From NCBI GenBank assembly GCA_964658305.1, contig OZ210885.1, forward strand, positions 24,242,001 to 24,306,000: a DNA stretch of 64,000 nt, read 5' to 3'. This DNA is from Leptogorgia sarmentosa (taxonomy: Eukaryota). Positions 51,902 through 62,439 of this stretch are shown one piece after another. Position numbers and translations under genes: made by a program. Every line of letters begins with the position of its first letter. Position 1 is the stretch's first letter. The notes beneath the pieces were generated by a model. It saw nothing but the letters and a program-made list of their open reading frames with translations. It was not told the DNA's origin and did no database searches.

Positions 51902-53257
51902 ATGTCTGAGACAGAATTAAAAGATCCATGCTCAGGAAGGCGCCAATATCTCATAACCTACTCTCAAGCTGATGAGCAGAAGTTCCCAACGAGAGAAAGT
52001 GTTGGCAATATGCTGGAAACTGAATTCAACGCTGGAAATAGTCAAGTAAAGGTTTCACACTGGGCCTGCTGTAAAGAAGCCCATGAAGAAAATGGCTTCC
52101 ATTATCACTGTTGCTTGAAGCTGACTGGAGTTAAAAAGTGGTCAGGCGTCAAGAAGGCTATCACGAAGAAGTATGGCATAGTGGTTAACTTCTCGGACCA
52201 TGATCAATATATTTATGCGTACTGTTATGTCTGCAAAGCTGATAGGAATGTTGCCCACAGCGAAAATCATCCTGATCTTTCACAAGTAGGATCTCCGCGC
52301 ACTAAAGCTTCAACTTCAGCTCTGCGAGAAGCTTCTAGAAAAAGAAAGTCAGCAACAAATTTCAACGAGGAGTCCACACTCCGTGAAAAAAACAAACGAA
52401 AAAGACGTCTAAGCAACCTTGAAGTTGCAGATTTTATTGTTGCCAAAAATATAACCACAGTAGAACAGATATTTGCTAAGGCTGAAGCCAGAAAGCAGGA
52501 GGGTGAAAGCGACTTGGCCAATTTCTTGTTTTCGCGAACCCAGAAATCCATTGAAGAGCTTATCAAGAAGTCGTGGATGTTAAAGCAAGCGTCATCCGAA
52601 ATACAGCGAGACGACACTACCAGAATTGAGAAAGTAAGGAATGCGGCGATAAACGCCTGCGTCGATGGGTGCAACGGTAGTTGGCTCGAGGGTGCCCTAG
52701 AAGTGCTGTCGCTGAATGGAATGGAAGCGGCTGTCTTTGCCTCGTATATATTTGAACTTCTTGCTCAAGGTAGGGGAAAGTTCAGAAATGTAATGATTTA
52801 TGGTCAAACCAACTGCGCGAAAACGTTCATGCTGAAACCACTGAAGTGTATCTTTGGCGATAGATTGTTTGACAATCCTGCAAATGACAAGTACGCTTGG
52901 GTTGGTGCCGACAAGGCAGACATGATCCTCTTGCAAGACTTCCGTTTCTGCAAAGACGTCATAACATGGAAAGATCTCCTTCTCCTTCTCGAAGGGGAAA
53001 CGGTCAAGCTACCGGCCCCAAAAAACCATTTTGCTACTGATGTTGTGATATCTTCAGATGTCCCAATTTTTGCAACCTCAAAAGCACCCATAGTGTTCAA
53101 AGGGCCTTACAATGTGGAAGACGAGTGTGAGACAGAGATGATGAACAGTCGCTGGAAAATGATCCGATTCAAACATGCATTCGAAGAGAAGGATCAAAAG
53201 AAGGTAGAGCCATGTGGTAGTTGTTTTGCTAGGCTTGTACTAATGGTGAAGAAGTGA
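51902..53257 (+). CDS. rep: CRESS-virus-like replication initiator: HUH endonuclease + superfamily 3 helicase (intact, 451 aa)
   Basis: Motif I YLITYS, motif II HYHCCL, motif III YVCK; Walker A GQTNCAKT, Walker B ILLQDF, motif C IFATS, Arg finger NSRW; intronless. Confidence 0.9.
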   Translation: MSETELKDPCSGRRQYLITYSQADEQKFPTRESVGNMLETEFNAGNSQVKVSHWACCKEAHEENGFHYHCCLKLTGVKKWSGVKKAITKKYGIVVNFSDHDQYIYAYCYVCKADRNVAHSENHPDLSQVGSPRTKASTSALREASRKRKSATNFNEESTLREKNKRKRRLSNLEVADFIVAKNITTVEQIFAKAEARKQEGESDLANFLFSRTQKSIEELIKKSWMLKQASSEIQRDDTTRIEKVRNAAINACVDGCNGSWLEGALEVLSLNGMEAAVFASYIFELLAQGRGKFRNVMIYGQTNCAKTFMLKPLKCIFGDRLFDNPANDKYAWVGADKADMILLQDFRFCKDVITWKDLLLLLEGETVKLPAPKNHFATDVVISSDVPIFATSKAPIVFKGPYNVEDECETEMMNSRWKMIRFKHAFEEKDQKKVEPCGSCFARLVLMVKK

Positions 53258-53372
53258 TTATAAAACCCGGTTAAAAATGTTACTGCGTACATTACAGTCT
53301 TGGCCTGTTGTGGACCAATTTAGGTTGTGACGCTAGAGTTGTGTTAGACTAAAAAAGTCCCTTGATATATTC

Positions 53373-53601
53373 ACGAGTTACCCATGGGTTACCGTTAGTA
53401 GCGATGTGATTTTTAGTATGCTATAAGAGTTACCACGAGTTACCAATATTGATATCTAAAAAAAATGATAACAATTTTTTTTTCATTTCTACTGGTAACT
53501 CGTGGTAACTTGTTACAGTATCATAAAAACCCTATTAATCTTAACGGTAACTCATTGGGTAACTTGTTGGTAACTCGTTGGGTAACTTGTTGGTAACTCG
53601 T
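53373..53601. repeat. Imperfect long inverted repeat rich in (G)AGTTACC units
   Basis: Arm 53373-53445 aligns to the reverse complement of 53493-53601. Confidence 0.8.
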
Positions 53602-53717
53602 CGTTTGAATGCACTAGTGTTTATTGAAATAATAATGTGCATGAAATTTACATTGCAATTCAGTTGATTCGAAATGTCACAATTACTATACAATTAAAAA
53701 AAATTCAATGATGATAA

Positions 53718-54828
53718 TTAGTATTTTATACGCTGTCCTTTTGACTTAATTACCATGTCAATACGTCGGTCCATGGATGCAATTGTTTTATCAATAATTT
53801 CTGGCAAATAGTTGAGCAAAGTTTTTTTTGACGCGAGCACAAAATTGCGAAAATGTCTCTTTGGTAATTCGCTTGCTCAGTGCATCATCTTGCAATTGCC
53901 TCTTAACATTGTGAAAAATGTTCTCAATTGGATTCAGGTCTGGACTTCGAGCAGGAATGGTAAACTTTTTCGCACCCACTGCAGAAATTGCTTCTTGTGC
54001 TTTTCGGCTGTTTTGGCTTGGGTCGCCATCTTGCAAAAAAAGCGTACCTTTCTCGTTACTACTATTTTCGAACAGTGTCGGAAATTGTTCGCGTACAAAA
54101 TCGGCAAATTTTTGACCATTCAAGTGGCCTTCGTATTGCTCAGCAAGAATAACACCCTTATTGTAAGCTATAGCGACGATAAAATTTGCCGTTCGTCCAC
54201 CACTGCCTTCGTGCGAGCCTTTAGACGTTTGATTAAAACTGAGACCATCAGAGGGTTTCCGCCAAGCCATAGTTCGTGGTGCTAACGACTGATCGTGAGG
54301 GTTATATTTGTGCGTAAAGCCAACACCGTCCAAATAAAATGAAACACCTTTTGTCCACACACTTGGATCTAATCTCTTACGAACTAGCTTCGCAAATTTG
54401 AGCCGAATTTCTAAATCTCTTCTGCTAAGCACCCCCTTTTTACGCGAATGTGTGTATTTGAAGCCATTTGCCCTAAGAACTCGTCTAATTGTTTCGTCTG
54501 AAATATCTGCACATATGCCAGCAAAAACCTTGAGTCACTTGGTTGTAAAATACCCGTAATCTCTGTGCAGTATCTCAACTTGTCTCATAATATTGCGTTT
54601 ATCCCGTTCTGATAGTTTTTGAGGTCGCCCTTTGTTGTGCTTTCTTTTGTCCACAATAGGATCGTCGATTTTTCGTCTCATATGTCTGCAAATAGTAGCT
54701 TTGGAGTACTTCTTATAATCCTTCATACTGGCTATTTCTTTCCATGTTTTCATTTTATCTTGATGGAGGTAGCGCCAATGAAGGGATGCAGCGAAAGGAA
54801 CTCGTTCGCGTTTTTTCGTTGGGTTCAT
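53718..54828 (-). pseudogene. Atypical Tc1/IS630-like DDE transposase (one stop, one frameshift)
   Basis: GRPQKLS HTH linker, SDETIRRVL, FYLDG, FLQDGDPSQ, SPDLNPIEN, C-terminus SMDRRIDMVIKSKGQRIKY*; in-frame TGA at 54535-54537, frameshift in T-run ~53825. Confidence 0.88.
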
Positions 54829-55705
54829 TTTCCTAAGTTATATGTATCATTTTAAAATTCCTTTCAGCTTTTAATCATCGGCTTTATATTAATATATCAT
54901 GTAATTTTGGTAACTAAACATGTATATGGTATAAAAAATTGCGCGTTTGTTCTTTCGAGGTGTCCTCTACATTATTAAAAATGCAACATTTGCAAAAGTA
55001 TACCTAGACCTACAAACGTATATTTAGACCTACAAACGTTTCCCTTCTTACCTACTCACTTAAAGGTGACATGAACCGATTTTGCTAAAACACAAATTCG
55101 GTTAGCATTATGCTCATGAACATGTAAATCAGTAGGAAATTTAAGAAGAAGCACACGATAGTCATATAAATCATGTATTTACGCCTTTACTTTTATCAAT
55201 CGTTTGATCCGCATTATGCGCGGCCATGATTGCATAATTCAATACGTGTGACGTCAATTTGTTTGCACCTTCACCTGATCATCGTGCTGCAATATGGAGG
55301 CCAGTCCAGCAACTAGAAGAGGCGGTCGATATTGTGTCGCTGAGACACCGCAAAAACGTAGTTGTAAAAATACATCTTACACAGAGGGAATAAAAATGCA
55401 TTCCTTTCCAAAAGATCCAGAAATACGGCAAAAATGGGTGAGGTTTGTGCAGCGACACAGTGTGGATTTCAAGAAGCCAACTAAACACGCATCGCTTTGC
55501 TCGGCACATTTTGAAGAATCCTGCTATCTACGGCGATTATCCCCAGACAGTTCATGCTATCGAGTTCTGGAGAAAGGATCAATCCCTACAAAGGATACAT
55601 CATTTCTCGAAGAAAGCCCAAAAGACCTGACGGAGCGTGAAAAGCGAAAGGCTAAATAAAAATGCTGATTACCATTTTTGACGCTATTAAATTTTAATTT
55701 AAATA

Positions 55706-55888
55706 CAGGGTGAGTAAAAAAAAGTGATGGCCTTTGTTATTCAAATTTGTTGCGAGTTACTTGTTGTCGAAATTTGACAATGCAAATTTCTATAGTTTTA
55801 TCAATTAACGACAGCTAGTAAACCCCACAGGTAATTACATTTGCGTTTTTACATACCTAAAAGCATCACACTTTTTTGACTCACCCTG
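55706..55888. mobile_element. Tc1/mariner MITE in Kolobok intron
   Basis: TA-CAGGGTGAGT...ACTCACCCTG-TA. Confidence 0.88.
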
Positions 55889-56825
55889 TATATTGAAGCA
55901 AAAATGCTACTTGAAAACTCAATTTTGAAATTTTATTTTGTTTGAATTTACAGATACTACGTGATTTAATTGCGAGGAGGCCCTGCAAATTGAGAAAACT
56001 AGACGAACCAGTCTCAGAAATGAGTCTAGAAAGTACTAGTAATACTCACTGTTATCGAGAATAAACTCAATCACAATGACATTGAATGTGGTAGCGTAAA
56101 GGCTGACTCGCCGTTGGAACTTTCTTCCAGTCCAATGCCAATGGACATTGAACTTTCAAATCCCATGGAACGTTCTTCAAATCTGGTACGAAGTATTGGT
56201 ACTAGTACTTCAACTGATTCTCTTGTGGATTTCAAGTCAAAGTACCACTGTAAGTTAAATGAATGCAAGCTTCTTCGGAGGAGAATAAGAAGAATGAAGA
56301 GTAAACGTCGACACAATGAAAAGGTACTACATATTATTATCTACAAACAGTACCTGACTGTTTATATATGAAAATTAAACGGTATTGTCTTTTTTCAATC
56401 ATTTGAAGGAAATCTCATGTCCAAGCCAAGACATACCTGATGGTCAAACAGACGGCTGTGAAGACCAAGACGAATATGGTGATAGTGATGAAAATGAAGA
56501 GTGGAGTGACCTAGAAGCCTTGCCCGAATGTGAGACTGATAGTGATAGCCTTGGAGATGATACATTGTATGAGGATTGTACAAGTGATGATTGTACAAGT
56601 GATGAGGAAAAAGAACCTGATACAAATCGAAGTTTCAAGTAAGTTTACTCACTAATATTAATGAGTTGAAAAATATTTGTGGTTTATATGGCTACATCAT
56701 AATAGTTCCCTTGTCTTTTAGATCCCTAGAGATTGGTTGTACTTGTACAACATGATTGTACATTGTAATAGTGTGCTGAATTGTTCCACCTTTCTTTTTA
56801 GAGTCACAGCTGGCACACCAGTATA

Positions 56826-57638
56826 CAGGGTGTATAAAAAAAAACGCAATCCTACGTTCAAATGCAATTTTCATAACGAAAAGTATTAGAAAATAGGCTA
56901 TATTTACCACCGTTAGAAAGCTCTATCATTCCGCTTTCTTAAGACTGCTTGTTTGTTAAATTTGAGTTGGAAATGAGCGAGTAATCATATTTTTAGTAAG
57001 TGTGATTGGACAATTTAAAATTTGAGATAGCTTGAATTTATTAAAAATTTAACTTTAGTTGGTTACAATCATTCAACGTGGCCTGGCTTTCTTACCACAC
57101 ACAAATCACTTCGACGTTGCATTTCCCGTGCAACTCTTCTTATTAGTTCATGATTTCCATGTAAAGCATCTGCTTCAAGCTGTATCTGCCGGTATTTAAG
57201 TACGTTACGCCAAACGGTCGTCGAATTTGGGACTTGTCGATCCGGGAAAGCTATTCGAAACAATCTTAAAACTTCCTGAATACTTTTTGTTACAAAGTAA
57301 CCTTCAACAATAAAAGTTATTTCTGCTGTAGTGAGCTGTGGCATGATGCCTAAGACTTTAAAATTATTTCGCGAAAATATTTCAAACAAAATATTCGCAT
57401 GCAACGATAACGTCCCCTTCGGAATTAAGAACGTCGAATTAGAAGCATCTAAAAATTACTGCTTGCAGTAAATCACTTATTTTGAAGTCCTAAATGGCCT
57501 AAAAAGTCATAATCAACCACTTATTGAGTAGAAAAAAGATAGGGCTAAAACATGAACTAAAAGTTAAGACATGGAAATCTATATTATTTTGGTTATAAAG
57601 CCTTAAACTTGGATTGCGTTTTTTTTTTATACACCCTG
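56826..57638 (-). mobile_element. Internally deleted mariner-like element
   Basis: TA-CAGGGTGTATAAAAAAAAACGCAATCC TIRs; ORF 57069-57344 fuses a DUF4817-like HTH N-terminus directly to the C-terminal RR..LC...GHVE*. Confidence 0.9.
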
Positions 57639-58808
57639 TACAAAGAACCATCATTTCTGGTGTTTTACAGTATGCTCCTCCAAATATTTACACTGTTCTG
57701 TTTTAAATGCAAGAATGACAGCCCAAAGATCAGCATGAAGCAGAATGGGACTATGGTGACTATTTTTCAACATTGCAGTAATTGTGGAAAGAATTCATTT
57801 GTATGGCGATCACAGCCTTTTGTTTTTGGTCAGCATCCACTTGGAAACCTGTTGCTAAGCTATTCAATCTTGGTTGCTGGAGCAACCATAAAGAAAGTTC
57901 AGCTTGTATTTCAACATATGGGACTACTTATATATTCCACAAGGACATTTTTTACTCACCAACGAAAATTCTTGTTCCCTGTAATTCTAAGCTATTGGAG
58001 AAATTACCAGCAAAGTCTCCTTTCTCAAATTAAAGGACTAAAAGAACCATTGTGGAGTGGTGATGGAAGATTTGACTCCATGGGCCACTCAGCTAAGTAT
58101 GGAACATATAGCATGTTTTCTAATGATCTCTCAAAGATTGTTCATTTTGAAGTTGTTCGGGTAATTATGTGTGCTGTGTGCATGTATTTTTATATTTGGA
58201 CCTGCTGTACTTTATACATTTTTGTATAACATTGTAATGGAGCATAACCATTCCTAATTTATCAGTGATGGGGATGCCCTCTTTTGCACCAATACAATTT
58301 TCAGTGACAGCCCCAGTACCACAGATTTTGCATACATATTTATGTAATACTATTTCTATCTCCCCTTCTTGGTCTTCACAAAGTCAACATTCCCACCCCC
58401 AATTTTTCCAGTGTAGAATGTCTGCCCCACACATAAGTCATGGATGGATTTTCTGGGGAGGGGGCATGCACTTCACCCCCCTAGTTTTTTTTACACCCCC
58501 GAAAAAGTTAAAAATCAGATAAAGGCCATAAGCTTTGTGTACATGGTCTAAAGAGGAAAACATATTTTATATCAGAGTTCAAAAAATTCAGGAGGTGCAT
58601 GCATTCATCCTGAAATTTAGCCCCCGAGCAAATTCTGAAAATCTGTCATTACTTAAGTTGTTTAATTAAGAAATGTTCAGTTCTTGACTATTTTTTTAAA
58701 AAACCTTCTAGTCCAATGAAACTGGTGGCAGTACCCAAATGGAGCTGGAAGGAGCAAAAAGATGCTTTTCATTTATTCAAGAGAAGGCCAAATTATCTAT
58801 CCCTGTTT

Positions 58809-60465
58809 TTATTTCTTGATCTGTTCTTCATTGGCCTTTTGTGAGGAGCCTTCTACTGAGTGTTCCGGGCACATGATTGAAAAAACATAATTTGCATCAA
58901 CCACATTCTCATTGTCTCCTTTCACAAACAAAGATTTCATAACACCTGGATGGGCTCTAATGGCTTCAAGTACGCCAAACAGTTTCATACCTTCTGCAAA
59001 TTCTTTGAGGTATAGTAACCTTTTGCCAATCAGATTTACCATTATTGTGCCAACAATGTCTTCCTTGTGGTCACTGTCGATGACCCCAGTGTAGCCATTG
59101 TCAATAATTATGTCTGAGTCTGCACTGACATCTTCCTTTACAGTGGTTAAAAGTTGCCGATCAGATTCAGTGAGATGTTCTTCTGGATTTAAAGCAGAAA
59201 GATCAACATTAGGCTCAACAAGCATTTTGAACACATTTTCATGTAGAAAACAGGGTGGTGGCCCTCCTTGCACAATTGACGTTGCAACGAACTCGCCACA
59301 AGAACGAAGCTTTCCATTCTGAATGTTGTAAACCGAATCTACCGGTGAACCATTGGGGAACATTTCAGCCCCCAACTGGGGAATGGCTTGCGCCAAACAC
59401 TCCTTCGACAAGGCACCACTATCGATTCCATATTCACCAACATACTTCACACGAAGAACTTTCTCAGGCGAGGTTCTCTTACTTTCTCTTTGCCATAATG
59501 TGAGCAGTTTTTGAAATGTGATTCCTCTTCTTATTACTAGGAAAAATTGACCTGACTGATCTATGTGTTCTTCTAAATATTTAATTATAGTCGAGAGGTC
59601 TTCACATTTACTTAAATTTGTGTTTTTTGCTGACTTCCTCTATTTCGCTGGCTGGATGACTGTCGAGTTCTAACTGCAGTTCTCTTGCAAGCATCTCATC
59701 GCTGTTTATCTGAGATGTAGTAGCAGACGCACTGTGATTAGAATCAGCCTCCATTTCGAGCTTAACTTTCTTAACACCAGGTTGAACAGGCTCCACTACA
59801 CAACTTATGGCTTCATCGTCATCTATATTAGAGAAGAATTCGTCCAGTGTGCGTGTTTTACCTGCACAGCTTGTTTTAGGTACCGGGAAATCTACAGTGC
59901 TTGTGCTTGGAAGGCTCTCCTCCTCATCATCTGATATTTGCTCTGTTTCAAATTTCAGATAATCGCTCCTTGTGCAAAGGTACAATATTATTTTGTTATA
60001 GTCTTCACCCAGTTCTTCGCGGTACCTTTTCAGTGAAAAGAATTCTCTACAGGAACCAGGGAGAAACAGTGCTTCCTTACAATTTTCTAGCAACAGCATG
60101 TAGTCTTCCTCTTCCGCAAAACAATCGCTATGAAAATCCTTCCATTTTTTAACAGCCTTCTCACGCAGGCGGGCATATGGTTCTGTACTTGAAACCAGCA
60201 GTGCCATTCTCTTCCCTCTTTTTGGCTTCAATCGTCCTTCTTTGGGATGCCATTGATACAAGCCAATTGTAATAGTCACATTACTTTCTTTGGCATGGGA
60301 CTTTGATGACTGTTTTCCAGCCGGTTTTGACACCAATGATTTCCATTGTTTTCCTTTTGATGTTCGAAAATCTTCATAAGACATTACATTCTTAGCTGCG
60401 GTCACTCTCTTAGAATCATTTGTGGAAGATGATGAGGTTGATGAGCAGATACCTGTACCTAGCAT
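58809..60465 (-). pseudogene. G2E3-like HECT E3 ubiquitin ligase gene, disrupted
   Basis: VKYVGEYGIDSGALSKE, ATSIVQGGPPPCFL, F.EGMKLFGVLEAIRAHP; N-terminal ORF 59608-60465; stop/frameshift ~59480-59610. Confidence 0.8.
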
Positions 60466-61168
60466 GAAAATTCTGATGCAATTTAAATGGAAGGGGATAC
60501 AACATTCTCGATGGAAAATATGACAAGGCCCAGTTCTGCAATTGTGCTATGTAAGAGAAAAGGGGCGTTTTTCAAAAAAGGAAGCATCAGTGACCAACAC
60601 ATGTTTCCCAGCTTTAAGTGGAGTGTCTATGTTAAGGGAGTTTCCTAAATGGATGATATTCACTTAGCTAATATCTTACGAATCATATTAAATGGGTTAT
60701 TCTACTGTATAAAAGGTTGTTTGATACTTGTTTTTCCCAATTGCAAATATTGCCATATGCATTTACTAGTGGAAGGATATGATACTGATATGATATGATT
60801 TCTAATTTTAAGAGACAATTAGCCACGAAAAGCTACCTAGTTATGGGCTGTAATAAGGATAAACCCACATTGCCCAAAATGTGATTGTCTCATTTTTGTT
60901 TTGATTCTAGAATACTTAATTATGAATTCTTCAAATAAACACAGCATCACAGACTAACTACACACAGAGGTCTAACCAAACATTGAAAAGTAACATTTTA
61001 AAAAAAAATACCGTGCATACCTGCAACGGAGCCAGTGATGGTTGACAAGCAACATGCTTTAAGCGCGCAATGAAGCGCATTGCTTGAAGTACATTCCCGG
61101 TCGTACAGTGTTAGCCGCTGACCGAGTGATGAGCCAAGGCCACTGGAATTGGAATTTGATGTGACCGA

Positions 61169-61282
61169 TTTGAATTTGATGTGTGCGATTTAGATTTGAT
61201 GTGTCATGAGTGCGATTTAGATTTGATGTGTCATGAGTGCGATTTAGATTTGATGTGTCATGAGTGCGATTTAGATTTGATG
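61169..61282. repeat. 27-bp minisatellite (GATTTAGATTTGATGTGTCATGAGTGC)
   Basis: Two exact copies plus partial/degenerate flanking copies. Confidence 0.9.
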
Positions 61283-61373
61283 CGAGAAATTTTAATTTTT
61301 GCTGTGGCGAATTACGATTCGACAAAAGTGTTTTGGTAATACAGTCATTGATTTTAATTCAGTGTTTGATTTA

Positions 61374-62258
61374 TTATTGATGTTGCACTTGTGGGCCACC
61401 GTACATTTCAATATCATTAGATGTATTGGTGTCGGGTTCATTTATAGACTGGCCAACATCAATCCATGTAATAATTTGGCTGTGATCGGATATGTATGTA
61501 GGAGGTTTGAAGTACTTAGTTTTTTTAAAGAGTTCTTGATCACACATTATATAGTCCACGGTACTGACCCCCTTGTTACCGTGGAAAGTTACTCTACCAA
61601 AGGAATCACCTTTGGTGCGACCGTTTAGGATTCTCTTGTCCGAGTTTTTACATATGTTAATTAGTTTCTGGCCATGGTTGTTGACTTGGTTATCAAAATT
61701 TAGTCTGTTTTTTGGCCGTATACTGGTTTCAGTTATGAAATTATTTCCATCTTTTGAAATGAAGTCCTCTAGTGTATTAGTTCTAGCATTGAAATCACTG
61801 AGGATCATTATGTTCCTTTTTGGGGAAAAGAGTACTATATCATTTTCTAATTCATCAAAAATTTCATCTTCAAAGTAAACAGATTTTTCAGGTGGAATGT
61901 AAATACCACAAATGAGCAGGTCATTGTTATCATTTAAAATATCTTTTGATATTTTGCACCATAGCAGGATTTTTGAATTTTTGATAATTGAAATATATTT
62001 TTCAAATTTTGTTTTGGCAAGTAGGGTGATACCACCCGATTTCCGACATGATCGGTTGGTATGTGGTGGTGTAGTATCAGAGATAAAAGCCCTGAAACCT
62101 GGAATTTCAATAGTTGTGTCACACCAGGTTTCATTAAGGAAAAGGAAGTCAATATGGTTTATACAGTCAATGAAGTCCTTGTTTTTAATTTTATCACCAA
62201 GGACATTATTTGTAAGACCATGGATATTCCATGCACTAAATGAGAGTTTGTGGGGCAT
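61374..62258 (-). pseudogene. Non-LTR retrotransposon ORF2, APE endonuclease only (RT lost)
   Basis: WNIHGL, LNETW, GIYIPP, DFNAR, NGRTKGD, VDY, SDH. Confidence 0.9.
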
Positions 62259-62439
62259 TTGTATTGAGAGAGGAGTGATAGAATTATAAGGAGGTTGACC
62301 TAGTTTTCACTGGAATATCAAAATTTGAGTATTGGGAAAGGGGAGTTTTAGAAAGATGAGGGGGGGGGGATGAAAGATATATATATATAGATTAGGAATA
62401 AAAGAGTATTATAGGAAATAAGAATGTAGTACTATGTCT

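Larger units (their letters stand above)
55064..58160 (+). mobile_element. Kolobok-like transposon (THAP domain + DDE transposase), 3'-truncated
   Basis: TTAA followed by AGGTGAC at 55064; THAP exon 55273-55650 (YCVA..C.N..MHSFP..W..FV..LCSAHF..SIPT); exon with GDGRFDSMGHSAKYGTYSM. Confidence 0.75.

Noticed and set aside
51902..53257. Rep as a Helitron, Replitron or parvoviral NS1
   Set aside because: Helicase is SF3, not PIF1; a helicase is present, unlike Replitrons; motif I and the nonamer fit CRESS-type Reps better, although phylogeny is needed
53293..53310. TA-CAGTC as left TIR of the Tc1-like gene
   Set aside because: No inverted partner found between 54830 and 55063
61169..61282. 27-bp repeats as a CRISPR array or CDS 61059-61325
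   Set aside because: Contiguous repeats without spacers; the ORF is a by-product
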